From the human T2T-CHM13v2.0 reference genome, Homo sapiens, in the NCBI RefSeq assembly GCF_009914755.1, contig NC_060941.1: a DNA stretch of 64,000 nt. One strand, 5' to 3'. The notes under the pieces were generated by a model. That model saw only the letters and a program-made list of their open reading frames with translations, was not told where the DNA came from and ran no database searches. The translations under genes were made by a program, and so were the position numbers. Every line of letters starts with the position of its first letter. Position 1 is the stretch's first letter. Shown here in pieces: positions 12,512 through 28,084 of this stretch.

Positions 12512-15500
12512 TACCCTTTTGTAAGTGAGGAAACTGAGGCTTGTAGAGCTCCCGCAGCCTGCCCAGCTGCCTCTAGCACACACGCATGCCCTTCCCACTA
12601 TTGTAAGCAGCTGACCATTGGCTCTGGCTGAGGGAAGATCCTGTGATTACTCACAGCTGTTTCCCTTGAGTACAGACACAGCCTACACTGTTGCTTCAAG
12701 TGCTTGCAATTTCACATTTCTATCCTGCAATTAATTGTGGAGGCTACTCTGGGATGGCTCCGCAGCTCCTGTGATTACTGTTCTGTTGGCACCACTGGGG
12801 GTGAGGGTCTGTCCTCACTTCCGCAGACCCTGCATTTTCCAGGGTTTCCATAATGGCTGGAAATAAAAATGGCAGCAGGGAATCTGGGTGAAGTCTTCTG
12901 TGCTGGAAAATGAAGAATTAAAATGGGCAGAAGGATGGAAACAAGCCGCTACAGGACGTGTTTTGACAGCATGTGAGTTGCGTGGGCATGTGACTGGACC
13001 AGCCCTTTCTTGGCATCCGTCTGGCTTTTTCTTAGTGGCCCCAGTTCTTCCCCATTGGAGACTCATCCTGCTCTCACGTTCTCACAGTCTTCAAAGAAAC
13101 CAAATCTAGCAGTCACCTGCCTTGAGTTCACTGGTGCTTAACATCCAGGCACATCCTTGGCACAAGAAAACAGGAAAGTGCGTCTTAGCTAAAACATACA
13201 GCGGTGTGCTTGTACCAGAAGAAAGCCTGCACATTATCCCATTCAAATGCGTATGCTTTTGGGTCATGACTGGCATGTGTTCAGTGGATTTATCTACTCT
13301 ATCTTCTTCCTTGATTGGGCATTCCTAAACATCAGTGTCTTATGTCCACATGACCCCTTCTGTAGGCAGTACTTTGCCCATCTCCCCATATTTACCCCTT
13401 ATGTCCCCTACACGTTTGCACTCAGATTTCCAAGCCATGAGCAGCTTCCCCACTGTGGCAGGCAACAGCCCACCAGTGTTTCTTCCCTCCTCACTTTTGC
13501 TTGTGCCATTTTCCCTGCTCCCCAGAGAACGTCTTTTTAACATTCAGCTGCAGTTACCTTTAGGAAGCCTCTCCTCACATTTTATGCCATGCCTGAAACC
13601 AACCACTTTCTCTCCATGCCCTTTATAACATGTATTATGAGATTTCACCTGTGTGTTTATTTACATGTTGATCTCCTTCCACTATGTCATAAGTCCTTTG
13701 AGGTCAGAGATAGTGTCTTATCTCCTGTACCCAGCCCAGTGCCTCAAATTTGTACCAAATGTGTGTCTGTTGAGCCGATGATGATGATGATGGAAGTACA
13801 CAATACAGCATAGAAACTGACTCAGGCTTTTACTGCACTCCTCACCCCAAATCCAGGTGACTCTCCCCATTTTAGCCCTACATCTGGATCAAGTTAAAAT
13901 GATCCTGTTTTAACCCAATTCATAAAGCCACATGGCTTCTGGGATCCTTTAGAGAAACATCTATCAGCTAAGAAAAAGGTTGCATCTTCTCAGAGACACA
14001 TGATTATTTACATTCCGACTGTGGTACCTCGTCCTGACTGATCTGTGGCTCATCTTAATGTCAGATATGTACAGACTTGCAGCATGCCATCCCACAGATT
14101 GTTATTCATGCTTGGTTCTCTGTGCGGGGACTCCAACAGAGCTTTTCACTCTGGGTGCTTAGTCACTAGATGTGCGTGGGAGGCAGCAAGATTGGAACAA
14201 GGGGCAAAGAGTTGCCAGTGTCATTTCCTTCATGCAGCATTTGTCTTTGTTGTAAAGCACCCTGGTATCCATGCTCATGGTGACATAGTTTCTCTTTCTC
14301 CTGCTTAAGATACCCCAAGTCCCCAGATTCTTTATAGGGTCATCAGTCATCTGTCGTCTTTGACTTCAGTGACTGCTGCCAGGAGGAAGCACTCTTAAAG
14401 ATAGGCTTTGAATGCTTACATCCCTGGAAGAGGAGAAGCAAATTATTTCTGGGGCCTCTTTCAAGATTACCCCATTAGCATACAGAGACATTGATATTGA
14501 CTGAGCAGGTCATTCTTGTGCAGGATTTTAATTGCTTCTAATTATAGGATTATCATTTAAGCACAAGATTAATTGCTGTGAAATTATTGCAAGGAACTTT
14601 ATCTTCTTCTGGAAAGTAAATGTGTTAGCCAAGTGAGAAATCTCTTAGAAGCTTGCAAATGATGTCTTTTCAATCACTTTCCATTGAAACTTTCTTCTAA
14701 TGCTTGGGGAATGAGAGAGAGATCTTGGGGGATCAGGAGGGAAGACGAAATAAATAACAGATAAATGCTCCTTTTGTTTCCCGGTTCTCCATCAAAAGGG
14801 TGGAAAACTTGAAGTGTTTGGGAATGGTTATGTTCACCAATGGAAATGTCCTAAAATAAATGCAGAAATTTTTTTCCTCTCTTGATCCATGTCATCTTCA
14901 ACGGTGGGTGGGTAGGAATGGCTCAGTAGGAAGCTAGAATAGGCAGGTGCTGTCCTATGGTCCTTTTCAACACCAAGCTGCTCTGATATCTTAGCAAAAA
15001 ATATGTATATATATATTTTCAGATGTGTTGTAAAGGAATCTCCCATTAACATGTATACACCTGCTCTGATTATTGGCATCAAAATGGTACAGAGAAACAT
15101 CAGACTATGTGCATCTTAGCTTGTAGGCGTTTCCAATTGGAAAGATTCAGATTTCCTGAGAAAATATGAGATAAGTTAGCTCCTGAGCTTGTTCTAAAAT
15201 ATCCCCATTTGAATAGGGGGCCATGGCCACCCACTGGAAGCTCTGCACAGAGCATCCCCATGGGGGACTTTTTATACTGAGAATGGTAGCTGCCTTTACA
15301 TGCATTTTCCTTTTTAATTAATGCAAGGTTTGTGGTTAATTAAAGATAGTCAGGGTCCCTTTTCAAACCAAAGCAGGCACTTTTTCCTAGAATAAAGAAG
15401 AGAGAATAGAAGCAAGGCAAACTTCCTATAAAAGTTTTTGCAGTGGGGGTGGTGAATTTGGGGAATGTGGCCTGAAGGAAGTGTTGTTTCATCAACTTCG

Positions 15501-16042
15501 ACTCACTTGAGGTAGGGAATGTAATCAAAAGAGACACCTTCCTCACTGAACACCCAGCAGGGACATGGCTCTTTTTCTGGGAAATGCCGCACTGACCTCC
15601 CTTTCTCTTTGTTAAGTCACTCTGCTGGGAGTGGGGGTACAGTGCAGGAGAGACACATTTCTCTGGGATATATTGCTGCTGTCATCTTATGGCCCGCACA
15701 GGTGGAAGAACTCTCGTGGAAGAACTCTCACAGGTGAACATCTGCCCAAAAGAGCAAGTGTATGTGCAGTGAATGTTAGAAATAGCACCAGAGCCCTCCT
15801 TACTCTTTACTAATACCCAACCTCTCTGAAAGACCCTGAAGTCTGTTTCAATCCCTCCCACCCCAATATGGCAGGGACTCTGTTATCCTTAAAACTTCTG
15901 GCTTCTGAAGGATGCTAGTATATATTTGAAAAACAAAAAAATCCCAGCATACTTTACATGACCAACACTCCATAAAGAAAGAATACAGCAGGCTTGTGTT
16001 TATAAAATAATAGAAGTGACTTGCATTTAGAGGATACTATGG

Positions 16043-16689
<647 letters not shown>

Positions 16690-17498
16690 TATGGCGTTGG
16701 CTTTGAAGTCAGGTAGACTGGATTTGAATCCCAACTATAGCACTAATTAATGTTGAATACGTATTAGGGGTTGTTACTCTATTAATGGAGTTTTACTCCA
16801 GTCACGTTAAGTCATGTAGCTCAATGGACTGAAGCATGTCACTTTATTGACAAATTAACTATTTCAGTCCTGACTCTTTCATGGTGTAGCTATAACCACA
16901 GTGGGACTCCAGCAGCCCCAACCAAGAAAACCTAACCCCAGACCTCATTTGTTTTTTCTTCGCTATGCCCACCAAGCAAGACACAGGAACACACTGTGAA
17001 ATCACTTTCAAGATTGGAAGGCCTCTGTATGAGTAGAACAGTTGCATATTAAGCTGAGGATATTAACCTTAAAGATTTTAACTGGCTGTGAACCTTGACC
17101 TCATGGCTTAACCTCTCTTTGTTTCCCTCTCCTCTGCAAATTCAGATTAAGGCACTTGAACTACATGAACCCTGACATTCCCTTCAGCTCTGGCATTTTG
17201 TTGAGAGCTGTTTCAGAGAGAGCTAATCGGTGGTGCCAATAAGTGTGCCCCTTCCTGAGGAACTGATGGTAGATTGGAGACTCTAGGGACTCTGCAAATG
17301 GATGAGGCCTGAGAGGCTGCTGGTCCGGTGATTTTCAAACAAGTTGGAACATCACATCTTGTTTGAGATGATATTCAAATGATATTTCACCAGAGTTACT
17401 CTGATTGAAGGGAAGAAAATAGGGTACTCACCTTCTTCCTCCTCCTCCACCAGCCATGAGGAGACTCTGTGGAGCAGAGTTTGAAAGTCACGGATGTA

Positions 17499-17820
17499 GG
17501 CTGGGTGTAGGGCCTCACACCTGTGTCCCAGTACTTTGAGAGGCAGAAGCAGAAGATCCCTTGAGGCCAGAAGTTCAAGACCATCCTGGGCAACAGAACA
17601 AGACCTTGTCTCTATAAAGAGTAAAAATAAATATAATTTAAAAATTAAAAATAAAAATTAGCCGGGCATGGTGGCACACATGCTGCACTTTGGTCCCAAC
17701 TACTCAGGAGGCTGATGTGGGAGGATTACCTGAGCCCAGGAGTTTGAGGCTGCAGTGAGCCAAGATTGCACCACTGCACTCCAGCCTGGGTAGCAGAGTG
17801 AGACTCCGTCACAAAAAAAA
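17499..17820 (+). mobile_element. Alu (AluJ-like)
   Basis: Diverged dimer with an expanded A-rich linker and aagtcac on both flanks. Confidence 0.9.
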
Positions 17821-17847
17821 GAAGTCACTAATGTGATTGTTATCACA

Positions 17848-18590
17848 CTGTGCTGGGGTCCGTGCACCCCATGCAGCAAAGCCAAATGCTGATGTTGGGT
17901 TAACAGCAGGAGAAACTGAGGCGTTTATTGCCAAGCAAGGAGAATTGAGCAGCTCGTGCTGATGACTTGAACTGGCAGATAGCTTACAGCTATCCATTAT
18001 TTAAAGGCGGGAAGGTGGAGGTTACAGTCGAAGTCATTCAGTACCTGGGGGCCACATGTTGGTTTGACCCAAACAGGTAGGACATCCCAAAGCTGGGGAG
18101 GCGGTGTGCCACAGTCATGGCTGGATTCAAAGATCTTCTGATTTGTGATTAGTTAAGGAGGCGAAGCTTTGTCTAAGAATTAGGGATCAACAAAAAAAAA
18201 AACAATGTTAGCTCTGGCTTTTGGGTACAAAAGCATCGAAGGGAGATGGAAGAATGTAGAACAAAGAACAGCAGTCAGAGTGCTGTCTTCTGCTCCCCCC
18301 ATCCAAGGGCTGTGTGCCAGTGGGTCCGTTTGGTGGGGGTCCAGTTTTCTGAAACAACTCAAGGGCATGTGTTTAGATGTTATCTTTAATTTCTACAGAA
18401 AGCAAAACATCTCCTAACTTCCTTGCTGTTGTTTTAACTTACTGTTACCTTCTTCCTTGTCAAGTTGCTCATTTAATTCTCAAGGCTACCTAGGTGCCTG
18501 GAATTTTCCTTGAAGGAACTCAAGATTTTCCTTTATTTCCGTGTTAGGGGGTGCTCCTGCCCGGGGACCCTCTGAAAATTCTGTCCCATG
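17848..18590. mobile_element. Probable ERV1-class (MER4-group-like) solo LTR
   Basis: Motifs gccaagcaaggagaattgagcagctc, aaagatcttctgatttgtgattagttaa and ccagttttctgaaacaactc resemble ERV1 LTRs. Subfamily not assignable by eye. Confidence 0.55.
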
Positions 18591-18678
18591 GTCCATCCCC
18601 TTCATTTTCATGCATAAAAACCACGGCTCAGGGAATATGGCTACTATGTAGGGTCTTTGGGGTTATAAAGGATAAAAC

Positions 18679-19012
<334 letters not shown>

Positions 19013-21947
19013 AAGGATAAAACCAACCCACTCAGGTAGAAGGGGGAATTAGCAAAAGAAATCTAGAGTATCGTGAAACGCAAGGGTGGGAATGCCTTGG
19101 AGCCATAAGAATACTGAGAACCCAAGATTCTCTTTCTGTATCTCACCTCCTCTTTCTCCATACTGCCTTCATTTGTTTCTTTTCCACAACACGTTAGACT
19201 TTCTTTGCATTGCAGAAAACATGGCCCTAGACGATTCTACAGCTTCGCCTCTTGCAGCTGCATGTCTTCTACTGTGTCAGTCACAAATCCAAAAATTCTG
19301 GGAAAGGGATTCATCGACTCAGTGTGGGTCACATGCCACCCTGGACCAATGGACTGTGACTGGAGGGCAGATATGGGGTGGGGTGGGAGGTGGGAGACAT
19401 TTTCAGGAACAAGGAATAGTGAGAAGCAGACAAAACTGTAGGTAATGCAACACTGCCATGAAACGTGAGCCAGGGTTGTGCAGGAAGTGTGTTCAGGAGG
19501 AGGATGCAGCCAGGCTCCTGCCTTCTACTTCGATGCTCCTTTCCTTCAACCACCTTGCACATCCGTGAAATTACTCAAGAGGGACAGTGGCTGAGCTTAT
19601 GTCCAAAAGTTGGATATGACTCATCAGTTCCTTTTGAACACGTCAACGTGCTCCTGGCCTGGCTGGTCTCCAAAAACAGCCAAGGGTAAAGAAAAAAACT
19701 TGATTGAGTGACATTTGTCCAATTCAGCCACCCAGTGCATTAATCACCCTTTTTATTTAGAAGCTGTAAAACAGCACAACAGGTTCCAGGCGTAAATGGT
19801 GTTGATGTGGAAGAGATTGAGTGATGGTGGTACCCGCAGGAAGCAAGTCCTTTGAATGGGCTCACGGGGAGATTGTGGAACAAGTGGCTCAGGAAGGTGG
19901 AGCTGTTTGATCAGGGCCTAGGAACTAGACAAGGCCCTCCAGAATGCATTTTGAGCCATTGGCCTTAAACAACCTTCCCCTGCGGCAGCTTTTTCTGCAG
20001 GCCACGTTGCTGCCTTGGCAGACCCTCACCCCTTACCCCTGGAGCTTTTCTTTCACGAGGAATTCCTACTGCGAGAATAAACAAAGGTAGTTGGCAGCAT
20101 GCTAACAATGCCTCCAGGTTCTTAGCCTCTGTCCTGAGAAGAGCCAGCCAGGCAACCTGGCTTTCATTCAGCAAGGGAAGAGAAAAGCAAGGTACCTTTT
20201 ATCCCTGAATCATCGCCACAAGGCCCTCTCAGGTCAGGAAACTGATGTGTCTCCTGCTTGGTTTGTAAACCATGTGGATGATACCCAGAATATCAGGTCC
20301 TCTCTCTCTCTTCCGTCCAAACGAAAGCACTTAGATGTCACATGCCCACCTTGTAAGTCCTCATGGGATTTGGGATCCTCATCCTGTGCACAGGCCTTGA
20401 CTCATGGGCTCTACAACATTGGCTGTCTTCCTGTTTAATTTCCCTTTCTACTGACAGTTTTGCCAATTCAGTGATGGCTTTAGCGCCATGGCTCAGCGGC
20501 ACCCAAGCAGCTTGAGACATCCGTGGTTTGGGGGTCATCTTAGTTATTTCATGGAATGAAAAGTTTTACATCCAAGATACTCGGCCCCCAGTCATTTCTT
20601 TTCTGTATCAATTTAGTCTCTCTTTAGTTTTGGTGCATGTGGTTGACTTGTGGTAGTCTAAGGTGTTGACGGACTGGCCCAGAGAGAGATCTCAAAGCTA
20701 GTGAGAATGTGTCCAGGTTCTTGTTTGATTTTGTTTTGGTTTGATTTTGATTGTGGTCGAGATAAGAGGCTTTTCCAGGTGAAAATCTCGTAGGCCTGGC
20801 ATCATACCTGTAATTAATGTTTATCTTCAGCTTTATACTCTCAGATTAAAGACAGCAATGGTATAACAGCAAGGCTGGAAAGAATAAAGTTTACTCCTGT
20901 TTTATCTCTCTCTCCAAACACCGTAGTGTTCCAGAGACAGATACTGATAGTCTCTTGTGCTCATGAACTCCTAGTAGCTCCTGATAAGTACATTTCTCAG
21001 AGAATCAGCTCTGAGCCCATTTGTGGGGAACAAGTGTATGGGAAAGTCGTCGATTCTGCAGGTGTTGGGAACAGTTCTGTAATGGGATAGCAGATCCCTC
21101 TTCTGCTGGCGGATGGAGGAAGGATACCCTTGCCGGTGGACAGTTGCCTCCTAATCAGGAATTATGCCTCATGCTCAGCCAGGGCCTTCCAGGCAAGGAA
21201 GCCGAGCAAAGCCCACTGGAAGACAGGGCTCCCTCGGGCACAAACAAGAACAGCTTCCTGCTCCTCTCCAGCCTCAAAGGTTCATGCGCCTTGTCCCTCA
21301 GATAAAGGTGCTAGAAAGAAGGTTAGTGTCACTGGACGTCGTCTCTTAGGGTGATTCAGCTACTTCAGGCGAGGGGTTGGGAGGAACCAATAAATATTTT
21401 TGTCTTTGTTTGCCACACTGATGTGAATGCTTATAATTTTATTAGCAGCTGCCTGGGAGCCAGGCCTGACTTAATTTAATTTAATCTCCTGGGTTATTTC
21501 AGTTCGGTTTAGTCTATTTTAAGCACAGATGAAGAGGAAATAATCAGACCGAGGGGAAAGATGAGGGAGGGGCTGGAGGGGCCATCCGCTGCCCTCGCTA
21601 GTTCCTCAGGCTTAACTTGTCTTGATATAAAGGGAATGACTTCATGGAGGCAGGTTAGCCAGACGAAGTTCTAGCTCTCACTGTGTTTTGTCTCTGGTAT
21701 CATCACCTTGTTCTCTAAGAAAAGAAGCATGATATCAGCTTTGTTGGGGGAGGGAGGATGGGGGATATTAATTATGCCACTAGAAATACAAATGGAGCAA
21801 TTTTCTTGTGCCAGGCAGGACTGAATAGTGACACCTTCCGCGGCCCTCCCTTTCTCCTTTTAGCAAACTCACTGATCACTGTGTTGTGGTAGCTCTTTCT
21901 CTTTGGAGTGTTTTTTGTTGTTGTTGTTTGGTTTGTTTGATTTTGGG

Positions 21948-22242
21948 GTTTTTTTTTTTTGAGACAGGGTCTCACTCAGTCACCCAGGCTGGAGTTCAGT
22001 GGCGTGATCTTGACTCACTGCAACCTCTGCCTCCCAGGTTCAAGTGATTCTCGTGGCTCAGCCTCCTGAGTAGCTGGAACTACAGGCACATGCCACCACG
22101 CCCTGCTAATTTTTGTATTTTTAGTAGAGATAGGGTTTCGCCATGTTGGCCGGGCAGGTCTCGAACTCCTGGCCTCAAGTGATCCACCCGCCTCGGGCTC
22201 CCAAAGTGCCGGGTTTCTAGGTGTGAGCCACCGCGCCCAACC
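21948..22242 (-). mobile_element. Alu (AluS-like)
   Basis: Antisense dimer with TSD tctttggagtgtttt. Confidence 0.92.
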
Positions 22243-22720
22243 GTCTTTGGAGTGTTTTGATGCCCTGGGATTGGTGGTTTGGGAGGCAGGATGGCAGAGC
22301 CTCCGCTTTGAGCAGTTTCTTCTGAGTGAATATGTGGTTCAGAGGCCCACTCAGCGAAGCCCAAGGCCCAAAGACCACCAAGTCCTGTGGCCTGGGCTGC
22401 CCTGCCTGCCCTGAGCCCAGGAGCTGCGTCCCAAGGCCACCCCATCATTTCCTGCCCCCAGGGCCTGTGAGGCTGTGCATTTGGTTTAGTACCAGGAATC
22501 ATCAAGAACAAGAGAAATTCATGGGCCCAGTCAGAGAACCCAAAGGTAATGAGAATGTCCAGAGGGTTTTTTTGTTTTAAACAGTGATTGAGATGATAAG
22601 AGGTATTGCCAGGTGAAAATCTCTTAGCCTTGACATCATCAAAGAAGAGAGATTCGTCATCTCATGATGAAGAGAGATTCATCTCAATTTCTTGTTTCTT
22701 TGGGGTTTTGTTTTGCTTTG

Positions 22721-23013
22721 GTTTTTTTTTTTTTTTTTTTTTTTTTTTGGCAATGTCTTGCTGTTTCACTCAGGCTGGAGGGCAGTGTTGCGATCATAGC
22801 TCACCGCAGCCATGATGAGCTGCCGGGCTCAAGTGATTCTTCTGCCTCAGCCCCTGTAGCTGGGACTACCACACCCAGATAATTTTTTAAATGTTTGTAC
22901 AGATAGGGTCTGACCACATTACCAGGCTGGTCTCACACTCCTGGCCTCAAGCAATCTTCCCACCCCAGTCTACCAAAGTGATGGGATTACAGGTGTGAGC
23001 CACTGTGCCCGGC
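22721..23013 (-). mobile_element. Alu (AluJ-like)
   Basis: Long poly-T followed by a diverged antisense dimer. Confidence 0.88.
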
Positions 23014-25374
23014 TCATTGCAGTTTTATATGCCAACCCTGAAAGCAGAAAATTGTATCCCCACTGAAGTGCTGGTTCCATGAACCCAGGATTTTTATGGG
23101 TCTTATTCATTGCAGAATCCCCGAACTCATGGTGCCTGGGACCCAGCATGTTCTCAGTGTGTGTCCGAATAACACTGGAGGGTTTTTTCTGGATGATACT
23201 GATAATTACAGAAGTTAAGAGTTATTAAGTGCTTATTTTGTGCCAAGCACTATGCCAAGGGTTTTACTTGTATAATCTTTTTTAATACTTAAACGGTTCC
23301 TATTGCATGAAACTCTTACCTCCATTTAAATGGAGGCATAGAGGATTTCAGGAACTTGCCAGGTGACAAGGTGGAGCTAGAACTTGAATCTAGGCAGAAC
23401 ATTTTTATCTGTGTCCTGAGAGTTTCCATGAGAACATGACCAAAAGGTTTTCTGGTATACGCTGAGTCACCTGCATGAGTCTTCATTCAGAACCATCCTC
23501 CCAACACCCTGCACAGTGGAGATGCCCTGAGAAGGGAGCATCGCTGGGCTTGGGGCTGAGTGTAGGAGTGGCAAGAGGGGGTCTCAGGTCCAAGTACCTC
23601 CCATGGCTCATTAAAGTCACCTGAGTAGACCTGCTAAGCACTCACTCCTCCATGCCGGATTTCTCAAAGTGTGCTGCTGGTCTACCTGGAGTGGGGTAGA
23701 GTACTTCCCCACCCCAGGCTTCCTGAATCAGATTCTCTAAGAACAAGCGCAGAGCCTGCAAGTAAATTCTATTGTTAGTGAGTTCTCCAAGGTGGTTCTT
23801 AGGCACCTAACATTTGAGACCTGCAGCTATGGGTATTTTTGCTCCTAGCCTTGCGGTATGTTAGATTTACTTAAAAACATACAAGTGTCTATATGTTTGG
23901 GATGGTGTTGGAGGGAATTTATTAAAACTAGAGTTCTTCTTTATCCAGAAAAGCACACACATTAGGAAAGGCAATAGCATCTGAAGACAGAGGAGTGGCG
24001 TGTAGCTCATTTTGGCCTTTCCTGTTGAAGGCCCCCAGGTTCACTCTTGGGATGACCAGGCCCCTAGAGACCAATTCCAATGTAGTCCTGACTGGGCAGT
24101 CCATCAGGATGCCAGTTTATGAATTTACAGAGAGCAATAAAGTTGACCATGTGACTTGATGAGAGCAATCAGTGTAGAGAAGATACCAGGCAAGGCATAA
24201 TGAACCCATTTTATTGATTTGTCAAATTAAGCACCATCACATAGACTACATAGAGCAGAAATCCGCTTTGGGAGTGCCTTCTCCCCTACAGACAAACCTG
24301 AGGGGACTCAGAATGCTGCCTAGCAAACATAGAATTATAACAAGGGGATGTGATAAATGTTGGATGGCAGCAGACTAAGGTTTAACATTCATCTCAAGTT
24401 AGAGGCGGCTGCTGTGCTGCTGGGGCCAGAAGCACTTGAAGTCAAATGCTTAGATGCCGCTCCTTGGACCTGTGTCATAGGCTCTGCTGACATTTGCCTG
24501 GAGCCTCTGCTTTCTCGCTGCTCATTTGAACATATTCATACTGGACACAAGCTGGTCCTACAAGCCTAGTACCTCTCAGAACCCTCTCTCCTTCAGGGGA
24601 CTTTGAGAAGCTCTGCTCTGATCCAATATTGATGAATCCAGTAGTTTGTTGATTTCCAAAGAAAGATCTTGCTTTCCTCATTTCCTACTACCCAAGGAAG
24701 GGAGAATCACCTCATTATGGCTCCAAATTTCAACAGATGTTATATAAAGGGCTATATAAGTATTCCTGTATCTTCATTCTTTGCAAAAATGCCTTCCCCA
24801 AAATCTGACTCTTTGTCTGTCAGATAAATGATATGTAGAATTTTGTATCTTACCTTCTAGGAGAAAGAGTAGTCGTAACTCTCCATGCCTCTCCAGGGAA
24901 CCCTTTGAATCCCCCCCACACACACAAATTTAGAGATTATTTCCAGGACAAAGGACTATATGAAGGACCCTTAACTATCTAGTACCCAGACTAGTAACGT
25001 AGACTTTGGTGATACCATGAAAACGAAGGCATAATCATGTGCTATGAAAATGGATTAGGAAGCAGCTTCTGTTCACAGTAGAAAGAATCTTAGAGATTTC
25101 CCTGTCCAGCCAACTCCTTTGTTTTCCAGACTGAATATAAAAACTCACTAAAGATTGCCCAAGAAAGTGAGCAGCAGGACAGAGCAAGCCGAAGGTCCCT
25201 GCCCAGTCCCTTCCCCCACCTCTGCCACCTTTTAAATCCCATCTGGAATGTCTGCGTGTTTAGTTCAGTTGGAGGTTAGGGATCTAGGAGGTAAAATGGC
25301 CACCAGGATGATGTCAAATCGAGTTAAACAGATACAGCCTTGGCCTTTAAAGAACAGACCACACTGGAGGCATA

Positions 25375-25728
25375 TGTATTCATCCGTTCTTACACTGCTA
25401 ATAAAGACATACCTGAGACTGGGTAATTTATCAAGGAAAAAGGTTTAATTGGCTCAGAGTTCAGCATGTCTAGGGATGCCTCAGGAAACTTACAATCATG
25501 GTGGAATCTTCACATGGCGGCAGCAAGGAGAAGTGCAGAGTAAAGCAGGGAAAAGCCCCTTATAAAGCCATCAGATCTTGTGAGAACTCACTCACTATCA
25601 CAAGAACAGCATGGAGGTAACTGCCCCCATGACTCAGTTACCTCCCACCAGGTCCCTCCCACAACACATGGGGATTAGGGGAACTACAAGATGAGATTTG
25701 GGTGCAGACACAGGGCCAAACCACATCA
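25375..25728 (-). mobile_element. THE1-type MaLR solo LTR
   Basis: tgctaataaagacatacctgagactgggtaattta...gcccccttataaagccatcagatcttgtgagaactcactcactatca. Confidence 0.9.
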
Positions 25729-26501
25729 AGGAACCACATTCAAAAGCCACCCACACAGGGACAAGTTAACAACATGAAAGCAAAGGTAAGAGTGTCTGCC
25801 ATGAGAACTGATGGTAGGCAGCTTAGATGTGAAGTGAGTGGCCAAGAGTAATTTATTCCTCTTCCAATTAACCAGACTTTCTAGAAACAGTGGAATTCCA
25901 AGAGCTACTTAAGAAATCGAGATATCCTTGCATTTCTGGATTGAATTGCGGTAACCAGTTGGTAACCTCTGAAATGCAATCTCTCTTATGTCCCTCTGAA
26001 ATGTTAAGAAGATTCAGGAAGTGACAGAAACCCACGATCAAGACTGGCAAACCACTTACTGCCACCTTGGAGAAATTTCTGTTGCCCGTTAGCCCAGTGG
26101 TCAAGTGTTAAGAAACAATTATCAGTGGTCTGGCCATACTGGATGCATGAAAAAACCAAAGTCCTGCACACCTGAAAGAAAGCAAGAAGATTTTTTGGGC
26201 CTCCCCTTTTGCTCAGATAAACAGGGTCTTCGACCAGCCAAAAAACCTGGGAGGCACTCCTTTGCTATGGAGTTTCTCTCATTTCAGAGGACCAAAATAG
26301 TGTCTTCTCTCATCTTTCCATACAGTCTACAAATAGACTGTAACTTCCAAAGGAAAAAGAAAAGGGCTGTTGTTGGTGAGTTATGTCCTGAGGGTTAGCA
26401 GCTCTGCAAGCGAAGTATAGTGGACACAGGTGTGGAGGTGAGAAGAACTTCAGGGTCAGGGGATTCTAACTTTAAACGGACTTCACAGATTCAAGATGTG
26501 T

Positions 26502-26547
26502 AATTACCAAGCACTGTGAATTGGAATTACCAAGCACTGTGAATTGG
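26502..26547. repeat. Perfect 23-bp tandem duplication (aattaccaagcactgtgaattgg x2)
   Basis: Read directly from the sequence. Confidence 0.95.
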
Positions 26548-26901
26548 ATATGATCCTACCTGGCTCCAGCAAAAACACACTCGTCATTGGACTAAGAGCC
26601 ATGAACATCAACTTGAGTGCCCTGGAAGAGGGAAGCAAGTTCTCTAGTGTCCCAGTAGACAGTGGATAGAGCCAATGTGGCATACAAACAGTATCTTTAG
26701 GCAAATAACACATCTAGATGTACTTGTCTTTGAGGACAAGTAAAGAAAGAAAACAAACCCAAAATATGGGGCCCATTTTTAAAACATGGGAGATAAAGGG
26801 ATAGTATCATGGAGAACATATTTGAATATAGATTATTGGAAGAAAAGAAATTACAGAAGAGTATTTGAGAAAACTCCATACACATTATAATAGGGTGCAG
26901 G

Positions 26902-27196
26902 AGGCTGGGCACAGTGGCTTACACCTGTAATCCCAGCACTCTGGGAGGCCAAGGCAAAAGGATCACTTGAGGCCAGAAGTTTGAGACCAGCCTGGGCAAC
27001 ATAGCAAGTTCTGCCTCTACAAAAAAATTTAAAAATTAGCCAGGCATGGTGGCACACACCTGTAGTCCCAGCTACTCAGGAGATTGAGGTGGGAGGATTG
27101 TGGAGCCCATGAGTTCAAGGCTGCAGTGAGCTATGATCTCATCACTGCACTCCAGCCTGAGTGACATAGTGAGACCCTCTCTTTAAAAAAAAAAAA
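26902..27196 (+). mobile_element. Alu (AluJ-like)
   Basis: Dimeric Alu with poly-A. Confidence 0.9.
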
Positions 27197-27698
27197 TGCA
27201 CAATCTCTGTAAAACAGGAACATAATGCCATTTGAACAAACAGGTTGAGAGGAAAAGCAAGCAGAATGAGATTTTTTAAAATGATAGTGGGCTATATAAA
27301 GAGACAGAAAAGATGAAAGGAAGTGGACAAGTAAATGCCAGTTTCCAGTAAGGAAATTTATAGTACATAATTAAAATCTTTGTGGTGCAACAAACAGCAG
27401 AATTGGCATTGCAGAAAATCAAATCAGCGCTGTGCAAGAATCCTGGGAAGCTCTTCTAGAATGCAGGCAAAAGGACAAAACCATGGTGATGAAAGAGAGA
27501 ATAATGAAAAATGGAAGACTGGGAACAGGATATAAATTGAGAATAATAGCTTTGTCCCAAAGATAAAAGAAGAAAAAATTGAAAAAGAAGCACTAATTCA
27601 ATATGATAGGACCAAATTTATGGAGCATTCAAATGAAAAGGAATGCACTCTGTTCCTACAAAATTAACCAAAAGAAGTCTGCATTTAGAAGCATTCTG

Positions 27699-28084
<386 letters not shown>

